A stretch of DNA of 64,000 bases, taken from Alphaproteobacteria bacterium. Lineage in GTDB: Bacteria; Pseudomonadota; Alphaproteobacteria; GCA-2746255. Positions 8,605 through 16,472 of the stretch are shown here, piece after piece. The position numbers and the translations under genes are program-made. The notes under the pieces are model-generated. The model worked only from the letters and a program-made list of their open reading frames with translations. It made no database searches and was not told the origin of the DNA. The stretch is from assembly GCA_965249135.1 (NCBI GenBank), contig OZ252220.1, positions 1,440,001 through 1,504,000 of the forward strand, read 5' to 3'. The stretch's first letter is position 1, and each line of letters starts with the position of its first letter.

Positions 8605-9888
8605 CTACAGACGGAATGTAAACTGCGCCAACCATTGATTGTCCTTATAGCTTTCACCGGGATCGTTCGAATCCCGATCCTCAAAATTATAGCGAAATTC
8701 CGTCACCAACTCGGGATGAATGAAGTACTTCGCGCTGAGATGAAAGCGAAGCGGATCCTCTTCCCGGGTGATCCCTTCATAGTCCTCATTTTCCACCGAT
8801 CCTCCCAGGTTGAAAATAAAATTTTCCAAGGGGTCGTAATCGATTTCAAAACCCCATTTCGTGTCCAGGATGCCCGAGGCATTCACGAGCGTCGTCTCGT
8901 TGAAGGTGCGATCGAACTGGAGGGTAATGGTGAGCAGATCCGTCGCGTTCCACACGAAATCGACGGAGAAGGTGGGGCCGTCGACCTTCCCGAAAAGCGC
9001 ATCGTCGAATTTCTGTTCAAGATAGCCCGCGCCAAGTTCGAGAAAGGTAACGCCGGAGATATCCCATGCAAAGCCAGTCAACACTTCGTAGCCATCCGAG
9101 CTACGCTGGCGGCCATTGTCGTCGAACTGATCGTCGTAATCGACGATGTTGTAGCTGGGTTGAACGAACAGCGTCGTGTCGACGACGAATTCATAGCCCA
9201 CCCGGAAGGTGGCCTCGTAGTCGTCCCGATCCCGATCATCGTTATTAATGGGACCCGCGTCTTCGAGATCCAGATTCACCCACTCGCCATCGGCACGGAA
9301 GGAGAAGCGTTCACCCTTGAAGGCGGTGTTCAGGCGATAGGTCGTCTGCGAATATTTCGTCAGCGGAACCCCTTGGCCGCTGTCATCCGGTGAGGATCGA
9401 TCTTCGTGGGCCTTCGCAAAGCCGACCCCCCCCCCGCCCAGCGACGTCCGTGCCGAGAGGTCCAGCCTGCCCGAGGTGCCAAAATTATAATCCTCGAAAT
9501 CTTCGCTGCCGTTGTCGGTGTAACGACCGATAGCGGCGCCCGCCAGAAAAGTTAAGGAGTGGTTGTCCCAGTCCGACTGGATTCGGACGGAAGGCCTCAG
9601 ACGCAAGATCTTGTCAGAACGTTCGTCCGTTTTGATGCGAAAGATATTGTCGTCATAGTCAAGACCGACATCGAATTTGGGAAAGATCAGAAAGCTGCCC
9701 GTGACAGGGTTCGTCGCAATCCCCATCCGGGCCAGCAGGTCCCGGGACTCGATCCCCAGTGGGTCGTAGTCCGGCCGGGTGCGTTTCCCCACCGAATCTT
9801 CCTTCGCCGTCTGGGCAAAGGCAGGAAACGCGGTCAACGCGATCGCAAGACCCAGAAGGCTTAAGCCCGCGCATGGAAAAGCACGCAG
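8605..9888 (-). CDS. EPS-associated outer-membrane beta-barrel protein (VpsM/EpsX-like); start codon uncertain
   Basis: RPDYDPLGI, YDDNIF and SDWDNHSL motifs, alternating aromatic beta-strands, C-terminal QFTFRL. The signal-peptide core lies upstream of the first TTG (9837), so the start is placed tentatively at CTG 9888. Confidence 0.8.
   Translation of the reverse strand: MRAFPCAGLSLLGLAIALTAFPAFAQTAKEDSVGKRTRPDYDPLGIESRDLLARMGIATNPVTGSFLIFPKFDVGLDYDDNIFRIKTDERSDKILRLRPSVRIQSDWDNHSLTFLAGAAIGRYTDNGSEDFEDYNFGTSGRLDLSARTSLGGGGVGFAKAHEDRSSPDDSGQGVPLTKYSQTTYRLNTAFKGERFSFRADGEWVNLDLEDAGPINNDDRDRDDYEATFRVGYEFVVDTTLFVQPSYNIVDYDDQFDDNGRQRSSDGYEVLTGFAWDISGVTFLELGAGYLEQKFDDALFGKVDGPTFSVDFVWNATDLLTITLQFDRTFNETTLVNASGILDTKWGFEIDYDPLENFIFNLGGSVENEDYEGITREEDPLRFHLSAKYFIHPELVTEFRYNFEDRDSNDPGESYKDNQWLAQFTFRL
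9426..9435 (-). repeat. Poly-G10 tract (C10 on + strand) inside the beta-barrel gene, currently in frame
   Basis: gccga-C10-gccca; encodes LGGGGVG. Confidence 0.9.
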
Positions 9889-9951
9889 TTGGCTTTTCTG
9901 CCGCCCTTTCCACCAACGGTGCGGCCACTTTCGAAATCACGAGGTTCGGGA

Positions 9952-11109
9952 TCAGCTGGGGCTTGCGAGTTGTTCATCCTCAAGGACGGGCTCCGGAAGG
10001 TCGAGAAGTTCCAAGATCTCTTCCTCACCTGCTTCCGGCACGAGTTCGGCAATCACTTCGGCCACCGCCGAACCGATGTCCACCTCCGCCAGCAGGCGCC
10101 TTTCGTCCGAAAAGACGGCTTCTTCTGCTTCTGGTGGCAGATCGAGAATGCTTTCCTGGTCCGTCGGTTCGAAAATCGCACCGGTCAAATACGTTCGGCC
10201 ACCGTCTTCTCCGGCGGCATGGAAATCAATTTCAAGCGTGTTGCCCGGAATATCCACTTCCAGGATGATGATGCCGTCGGCAAACCGGGCCGAGGGACCC
10301 GTCGACGGATCGAAGACTTCCGCAACCGACGCGCCGCCTTCTTTCAGGCGCGCAATGCGGATCCAATCGTTCGGCAACGCCTCCGAGATCGGAATCTCGA
10401 TCCCGTTCACGATGATCGACGAGCCGAAAGGCGCGGAAATGGAGCCGCCTTCGCCGATGGCTTCCGTCATGAGAATGATCCGCCAGCGGCCACTCTTCGT
10501 CATGACCACCTTGAGGCTATTCACGCCGATCAGCCCGTCCGACTGCAGTCCGTCCTGTCCTGGACGGCGGATCGATTGAAGGCCGGCGTCGGAAACCCCG
10601 CCGATGCGGGGATCGTTGTTCGTGACCCGCTCGAAGCCTGCCGCCAGATTCCCATCGGCCGGCCCGAAATCCAGCGCGATGACGCCTTCCGGGGGTATGA
10701 AATCCGCGCCCGGGTCGAATTCCACGATGCGCGCCGCGCCGCCTACATTCGAGACGGCCGGCTGAATAATCCGGTCGGCGGCGGTCATCACGGCGGTGGC
10801 ATCCTCGATGAAGCCGGCGTCCTTCAATTGCTGAAGCAGGCTCTTCGCGCGCGCCTTGATCTCTTCCGGCCCGGCGTCCCCTTCGGTGAGCAGGCCGTTC
10901 AGATCCTTGAGGCCCGCATCCGTACCGGTCACGGCGCCGATCAGCGCCGCGCGTTCTTGGGGTGTGATCTCCGCCGGCTCATCCTTTGCTTCCTGGGCGC
11001 CAAGGGGCGCAGCCAGAAGGAGGAGAGCGGAGAAAAGGAGGAAGGCGACGGCCCACCTGACGTCCGCCGTCGCGCCCGTCGCGCCAAAGGAAAGCCTTGC
11101 ACAAGCCAT
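9952..11109 (-). CDS. Secreted acidic hypothetical protein with a possible galactose-binding-like beta-sandwich and an acidic tail ending ASPS
   Basis: Signal peptide (VRWAVAFLLFSALLLLAAPLGA/QE), LDFGPADGNLAAGFERVT segment, Glu/Pro-rich C-terminus; co-oriented upstream of the barrel and wza. Confidence 0.7.
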   Translation of the reverse strand: MACARLSFGATGATADVRWAVAFLLFSALLLLAAPLGAQEAKDEPAEITPQERAALIGAVTGTDAGLKDLNGLLTEGDAGPEEIKARAKSLLQQLKDAGFIEDATAVMTAADRIIQPAVSNVGGAARIVEFDPGADFIPPEGVIALDFGPADGNLAAGFERVTNNDPRIGGVSDAGLQSIRRPGQDGLQSDGLIGVNSLKVVMTKSGRWRIILMTEAIGEGGSISAPFGSSIIVNGIEIPISEALPNDWIRIARLKEGGASVAEVFDPSTGPSARFADGIIILEVDIPGNTLEIDFHAAGEDGGRTYLTGAIFEPTDQESILDLPPEAEEAVFSDERRLLAEVDIGSAVAEVIAELVPEAGEEEILELLDLPEPVLEDEQLASPS

Positions 11110-11249
11110 ACGAAAACCTATCAGAACCGCCGGGTTGCAGGAACTCAAAAAGCGGATGTCCTCGCCGAGGCTTCGAAAAACTTGTCGACATTCAAAGACT
11201 TGAGGTACCGTCCCGTCTTTTCAAGGATCGAGGAAGTCGTTTAAGAATT

Positions 11250-11287
11250 TCCTTAACGCCCGGCCGGTGGTGGCTTTTCGTTAAGGA
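11250..11287. promoter_or_regulatory. Inverted repeat TCCTTAACG-N20-CGTTAAGGA in the divergent EPS-export/T1SS intergenic region
   Basis: Perfect 9-bp arms at 11250-11258 and 11279-11287; function inferred. Confidence 0.35.
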
Positions 11288-11344
11288 CTTCTTTACCGTC
11301 TTCGAGAGTTGCAACCATTTCCGAGAGTTGCGGCGCAAACGCGG

Positions 11345-11359
11345 TCAAAGAACGTGCCA
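11345..11359 (-). promoter_or_regulatory. Possible sigma54 -24/-12 promoter for the secreted protein-barrel-wza operon
   Basis: Minus strand TGGCACG-TTCT-TTGA versus consensus TGGCACG-N4-TTGC (one mismatch at -12). Confidence 0.3.
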
Positions 11360-11445
11360 CGTGACACCGGCTCGCGCCCTTTGCAGGGCGACGCTGTCAG
11401 AAAAGGGGCCCGAGAGAAATCGGGGGGAGAAAACGCAAACCGGGT

Positions 11446-13526
11446 TTGCGGGTCGATCCCTTTTTAACCTCGCTCCAGGCGTTGACCGCCCATTTCGGCA
11501 AACCCCTCGACGTCGCCGATCTTCACGCCGTCGTGCCGTCTTCGAAAGACGGGACAACAACGAAAGGCTTCGCCCGCGCCGCCGGAAGGCTGGGCTTTCG
11601 GGTTCGTAAGACCACCGCCGCACCCGAGCGCGCGCGTCCGCCTTTTCTGCTTCTGGGGCCGAAGGGGCAGGCGAAGGTGCTGGTGCTTGAGCGTGAAGGG
11701 GCGAAGTTCTGTCTTTTCGATCCGGCAAGCGGAGAAAACCGGACCGAGCCGGCGGCAAGCCTCGGCGGGGTACAAGACGTCCTCCTTCTCCGGCCCCACC
11801 TCACCTTTGCCCGCGCGGATGGCCTTCGCCGTCTCTTAAGCGGGCGCTTCCGGCGCGTCGTTTTCGAAATCCTGCTCGCCTCGCTGGTCATCAACGTCTT
11901 CGCGTTGGCGGCACCGCTCTTCGTGATGACGGTTTACAACAAGGTCATCGCACAGGCCGCCTTGGACACGCTCAACGTGCTCGCACTCGGCATGCTGACC
12001 CTCTACGCCTTCGACACCGTGCTTCGTGGGATCCGCGGCTATATCGTTAGTCACACCGGCGCCCGGGTCGATGCCATCCTCGGCGGCGAGACGATGCATC
12101 GCGTGCTCAATCTTCCTTACCGGGATCTGGAAAGCGCGCCAGCCGGTTTGATGAACGAGCGCCTCCGGCAACTCGACACGGTTCGGGAATTCTTCACCGG
12201 TGTCGTGCCGGTGCTACTCGTCGATCAGTTCTTCATTCTGCTTTTTCTGATCGCGCTTTTTTTCCTGAGTCCGTTTCTTGGCGGTGTCGCCCTTGCCGTC
12301 CTGCCGATGGCGCGCTCCTTTTTTTTGCATTGCATTGGGCACAGCGCGGTTTTTTCGAACAACGCTTTCGAGCGCTTGCGACACGCCCGTCGACCTATTT
12401 GGAGACGCTTCGTAACGCATTGACGGTGAAGTCCCTTGGCCTCGAGCCCGAGGTCGAACGCCGCTGGGAGGAACGCGTCGCCGATGCCGCCGCGACGGGG
12501 TTTCGCGCCGGCAACCTGGCGGCGAGTGTGAGCGCCGTCGGCATGCTGCTGCAACAATTGGTGGCGCTTGCCATCGTTTTCTTTGGAGCGCGTCTGGTCA
12601 TCCATGGCGAGTTGAGCATCGGCGCGCTGGTTGCCGCGAACATTCTTGCGGCACGGGCCATCGCACCGGTTCGCCAAACCGTGTCTGCATGGAATCAATT
12701 GCAAGAGGCGCGCACCGCCTTTCAGCAACTTCGAGTCTTCCTCGAATCGCCTCAAGCCGGCACGCCCGGCGAGGCGGCGGCCCTTCCTCCCTTCGAGGGC
12801 AAGATCAGATTCGAAGATGTCGGTTTCCGCTATGGACCCGATCTGCCGCCGGTACTGGATCGGATCGCGTTCGAGATCCCGAAGGAAGCGATCGTCGCGA
12901 TCATCGGTCCGGCGGGATCCGGGAAAAGCACGCTAGCCAAACTGCTGCAGGGACTCTACGCGCCTTCCTCCGGACGCATCCTGATCGACGAGACGGACAT
13001 CGCCCACGTGTCCGCGCCCGCTCTGCGCCGGCAAGTCATTTCGGTCCCCCAGGAAAACCAGCTCTTTTCCGGGACGGTACGTGAAAACCTCCTCTATGGC
13101 CTGCACGAGGTGGCGGCGGAGCGCGCGGTGGCGGCGGCGAAATTCGTCGGCGCCCATGACTTCATCCAGCGCCTTCCGAAAGGCTACGACACGGTCCTCG
13201 GCGAAGGCGGACGGGGCCTTTCCGCCGGGCAAAGGCAAATGTTCTGCGTCGCCCGGGCGCTGGCCAGGAACCCGAAAATCCTCATCCTCGATGAGGCGAC
13301 GAATGCGACCGATCCGGCCGCCGAAGCGGCGCTGCTTCGCAACCTGCGCCAGACGGTGAAGGGGCACACCGTGCTTTTGCTGACGAACCGGCTGGCGCCG
13401 GCCGCGATCGCGGACTATGTCGGCCTCATCGTGGACGGACGCATCGAAGACCTTGGTCCGTAATCGGAAATGATCGAAACCGTGCGGGAACGCCTGGCCG
13501 AACTCTCAAAGGGAACGGCGTCATGA
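11446..13526 (+). pseudogene. Type I secretion ABC transporter (C39-like domain, TMD, NBD; HlyB/LapB-like), disrupted
   Basis: INVFALAAPLFVMTVYNKVI, GPAGSGKST, LSAGQRQ and LILDEAT. Split into 11446..12423 and 12330..13463 near a T8 run (12319-12326). TAA at 13461 is followed by an in-frame tail ending TGA 13524-13526 that overlaps the hlyD ATG. Confidence 0.8.
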
Positions 13527-14902
13527 GGAAAAGCAGCATTTTCGATTTCGGCGGTCGTTTGAGGCGTTTTCTGGCGTTCACGTCAAACGGGAAACGGGAT
13601 TTCACCGACTTCCATCCCGAGGCGGCAGGGGAGGATGCCGAACCTGCGCCTCTTGTCCAGCTGCTCGTTTTCACGATCGCACTCTTTCTTGTGACCGCCT
13701 TGCTCTGGTCAAGCCTTGGCACCGTCGAACAGGTGGCCAACGCATCCAGCATCGTCCGACCCTTCGGGCGGGTCAAGGTCGTCAACCACCCGGAAGGCGG
13801 CCAGGTGGCCATCATCCACGTGCGCGAAGGCGATGCCGTCGCGAAGGGTGACCCGCTCCTTGAGCTCGACGCTTCGTTTCTGGAGGAAGAAATCGATCGG
13901 CTCACGGATCAATGGCGAAGCCTGGTGGCCGAGATTGCGCGGCTCGAGGCGGAGGCTACCGGTTCACGGCTCGAGTTTGCGCCCGAGCTTCGTGAAACGC
14001 GGCCCGATCTCGAGCGTTTGCAGATCCGCCTTTTCGAATCGCACGCCAACGCGCTTAACAGCGACAAAAATGTTGCCGAGCACATCGTCGAGCAACGCAA
14101 CAGCGATACGGAAGCGTTGGCACGAAAGGTCGAAGAGTTGGAGGCGAGTCTTGTCATCCTGAAGAAGCAGGAACGTTCGGTCGGCGAACTAGCCGAGAAG
14201 GGTTATTTCCCGGAGTTGCGCTACCTTTCGATTCAGCGCCAACGCTCGGAAGCCGAAGGCGAGCTTGCGGGAACGCAGGAAAGACTGATTGCCGCCTTCG
14301 CGGCGTTTGCCGAAGCAAAAGAGCGCCTTAAGGCCATCGAGCGAAAGTGGAACGCGGAAGTCCTCGACCGGCTGGCCGGCGCCCAAAAGGAACACGACCA
14401 AGCCTTCGGCACGTTGACCCAACTGAAGGCGCGGCGCCATGCCCTCGTCATCGAGGCGCCGGACGCAGGCATCGTCCAGAATCTGCAGGTCACCAGCGTC
14501 GGTCAGTCGATCGGCAAGAACGATGCCTTGATGAACATCGTGCCCACGACGGACAGCCTGATCATCGAGGCGCGCATCCAGAACCGCGACATCGGCTACG
14601 TCTCCGTCGGCCAGATGGCCCGGGTCAAGCTTCGCACCTATGACTTTCTCCGCTTCGGGTCACTCGAAGGCGTCGTCGAGCAGGTGGCGGCAACCGCCGT
14701 CGCACCGGCCAATGGCGGGGAGTCCTACTTCCCGGTGGTCATCCGCACCTCGCGGAACTATTTGGGCGCCCACCCGGGCGAGCGGCCGGTGCAGCCGGGG
14801 ATGGAAGTCGACGTCGACCTTCGGATCGGCGAGAAGTCGACCCTTTCCTACCTCACGGACCGGATTTTCAGGACGGGCGCGCGGGTGTTTCGGGAGCGAT
14901 GA
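13523..14902 (+). CDS. HlyD family type I secretion periplasmic adaptor
   Basis: Single TM, VNHPEGG..VREGDAVAKGDPL, long coiled coil, APDAGIV, DIGYVSVGQ, RFGSLEGVV and PGMEVDVD. Confidence 0.92.
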   Translation: MRKSSIFDFGGRLRRFLAFTSNGKRDFTDFHPEAAGEDAEPAPLVQLLVFTIALFLVTALLWSSLGTVEQVANASSIVRPFGRVKVVNHPEGGQVAIIHVREGDAVAKGDPLLELDASFLEEEIDRLTDQWRSLVAEIARLEAEATGSRLEFAPELRETRPDLERLQIRLFESHANALNSDKNVAEHIVEQRNSDTEALARKVEELEASLVILKKQERSVGELAEKGYFPELRYLSIQRQRSEAEGELAGTQERLIAAFAAFAEAKERLKAIERKWNAEVLDRLAGAQKEHDQAFGTLTQLKARRHALVIEAPDAGIVQNLQVTSVGQSIGKNDALMNIVPTTDSLIIEARIQNRDIGYVSVGQMARVKLRTYDFLRFGSLEGVVEQVAATAVAPANGGESYFPVVIRTSRNYLGAHPGERPVQPGMEVDVDLRIGEKSTLSYLTDRIFRTGARVFRER

Positions 14903-15179
14903 TGACCAGGCGGCGCGCAACCATGTCGTCGAAGGCGGCGCGAACGGCCTGCGCAAGCGCGCCCGCCTCCTGATCCGGAAAGGCTGCCCTATAGGTGTTG
15001 AGGATTTCTTGCCGCGTAGCCGGGGCCTCCAGCAGGCGCCAGATCCCACTCGTCACCGCATCCAGGTAGTAGACGTCCTGGCCCTCGGGCTCGACGAGAA
15101 AGAGGTCGTTTTCGACCTCCGTCGCGCTCACCGCCGGGCTGCGGCAATAGCGTGCTTCATCTTCTTTCACGGCATCCAT
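14868..15179 (-). CDS. Stand-alone PqqD family / RiPP recognition element (RRE) protein
   Basis: 103 aa with a three-strand/three-helix pattern: EVENDLFLV..DVYYLDAVTSGIWRLLEAPATRQEI..VRAAFDDMVARRLV. Confidence 0.8.
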   Translation of the reverse strand: MDAVKEDEARYCRSPAVSATEVENDLFLVEPEGQDVYYLDAVTSGIWRLLEAPATRQEILNTYRAAFPDQEAGALAQAVRAAFDDMVARRLVIIAPETPARPS

Positions 15180-15386
15180 CGGTCGAAACTATGGGACCCG
15201 CATCGCAGGCTGACAAGGTGAAGAAAGGCCCATTTCGTCCTTCGAGGCATGTTCGTAGCTTTGTCCATCGCGTGCCCATCAAGGCGATGGTTTTTGCTTG
15301 CCTCGATGCAGACGCGGAGGGTAATTCTCTACCCCAACGAGCCGGGATCAAGCCCGGTCAAGTCTTAAGGGGGGAGCCTCTCGCAA

Positions 15387-16472
15387 ATGACGGGAAACGT
15401 CGCGATCATCGGCTGTGGCTATTCGCCGGTCCGGGCGAGCACGCCGGAAGTTTCCTATCGGGAGCTGACCTTCGAGGCGGCCAGCCGCGCCTATGCCGAC
15501 GCCGATATTTCCCACGAAGAGGTCCAGGCGCTGGTCTGTTGCGAGGAGGATTTCTTCGAAGGGGTCTCGATCTCCGACGAGTACACACCCGACCAGATGG
15601 GCTGCGTGTTGCGCCCGGTGGAGACGGTGACCGGCGACGGCCTGCACGGGCTTGGCGTCGCCGCCATGCTGATCCAAACCGGCGAGATCGATATCGTCGC
15701 CGTCGAGGCCCACAGCAAGGCCTCGAACATCCTTAGCTTCGACAACATCACGGAATATGCCCTCGATCCGATCTGGAACCGCCCGTTGGGTTTCCACCCG
15801 GAATTCGTCGCCGGGCTCGAGATGAATCGTTTCCTTCACGAATCGAGGTTAAGTGTCGCGGATTGCGATACGATCGCGGCCAAGAACCGCAGAAACGCGC
15901 TTTCCAACCCGATCGCCGCCTATCCCGCACGGATTTCGGCGGACGACATCGCCGGCTCGCCTGATCTGTGCGCGCCGTTGCGCAAAGGGCACGTGGCGCG
16001 GCGCGCGGACGGCGTCGTCGTACTGGTGCTCGCCTCGGAAAAGCTGGCCAAGAAGGCGGAACGCCCGGTCTGGATCCGTGGCACCGGCTGGGCGAACGAA
16101 TCACCGACGCTTGAATCGCGGCCCTGGGGCGAGGACGCGGCGACGAAGGCGGCGGCAGCCATTGCCTACAGAGAGGCGGGGATCACGTCACCGTCAAAGG
16201 AGATCGACCGTTTCGAGGTCGATGACCTTTATGCCTATCGCGAAGCGATGGCGTTGGCCGCCCTCGACGTTGGGAAAGCGGGCGATCGCGTGAATCTTTC
16301 CGGTGGCAGCATCGGGATGGGGCATACGCTGGACGCCATCGGTCTCTATCGGGCCGCGATGTGCATTGAGGCGATTCGAAACGGCGATGCGAAGACGGCG
16401 CTGGCGCATTCCTGGCGCGGCGTGCCGACGACGAGCGTGGCACTTTCAATCTTTTCGGTGAACCATGGGTAA
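15387..16472 (+). CDS. Thiolase-fold protein (archaeal/SCP2-like subfamily), catalytic Cys absent
   Basis: VAIIGCG, AAKNRRNALSNP, ADGVVVLVLASE, PVWIRGTGW and VNLSGG..GH; the Cys loop reads TVTGDG. Confidence 0.8.
   Translation: MTGNVAIIGCGYSPVRASTPEVSYRELTFEAASRAYADADISHEEVQALVCCEEDFFEGVSISDEYTPDQMGCVLRPVETVTGDGLHGLGVAAMLIQTGEIDIVAVEAHSKASNILSFDNITEYALDPIWNRPLGFHPEFVAGLEMNRFLHESRLSVADCDTIAAKNRRNALSNPIAAYPARISADDIAGSPDLCAPLRKGHVARRADGVVVLVLASEKLAKKAERPVWIRGTGWANESPTLESRPWGEDAATKAAAAIAYREAGITSPSKEIDRFEVDDLYAYREAMALAALDVGKAGDRVNLSGGSIGMGHTLDAIGLYRAAMCIEAIRNGDAKTALAHSWRGVPTTSVALSIFSVNHG

Noticed and set aside
9952-11109. Acidic protein as the T1SS cargo
   Set aside because: It has a Sec-type signal peptide and no GGxGxD repeats, unlike typical T1SS substrates.
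9889-11244. 451-aa plus-strand ORF, and similar long ORFs at 16183-17697, 30148-31635, 43217-44347 and 52523-53650
   Set aside because: These are antisense shadows of well-supported genes, expected in GC-rich DNA, with no recognisable motifs.
11241-11257. Full CtrA box
   Set aside because: The spacing is TTAA-N8-TTAAC, not the canonical N7.
15180-15386. RiPP precursor peptide for the PqqD/RRE protein
   Set aside because: The short ORFs here have no PqqA ExxxY, lasso YxxPxL leader or double-Gly motif, and no clear RBS.
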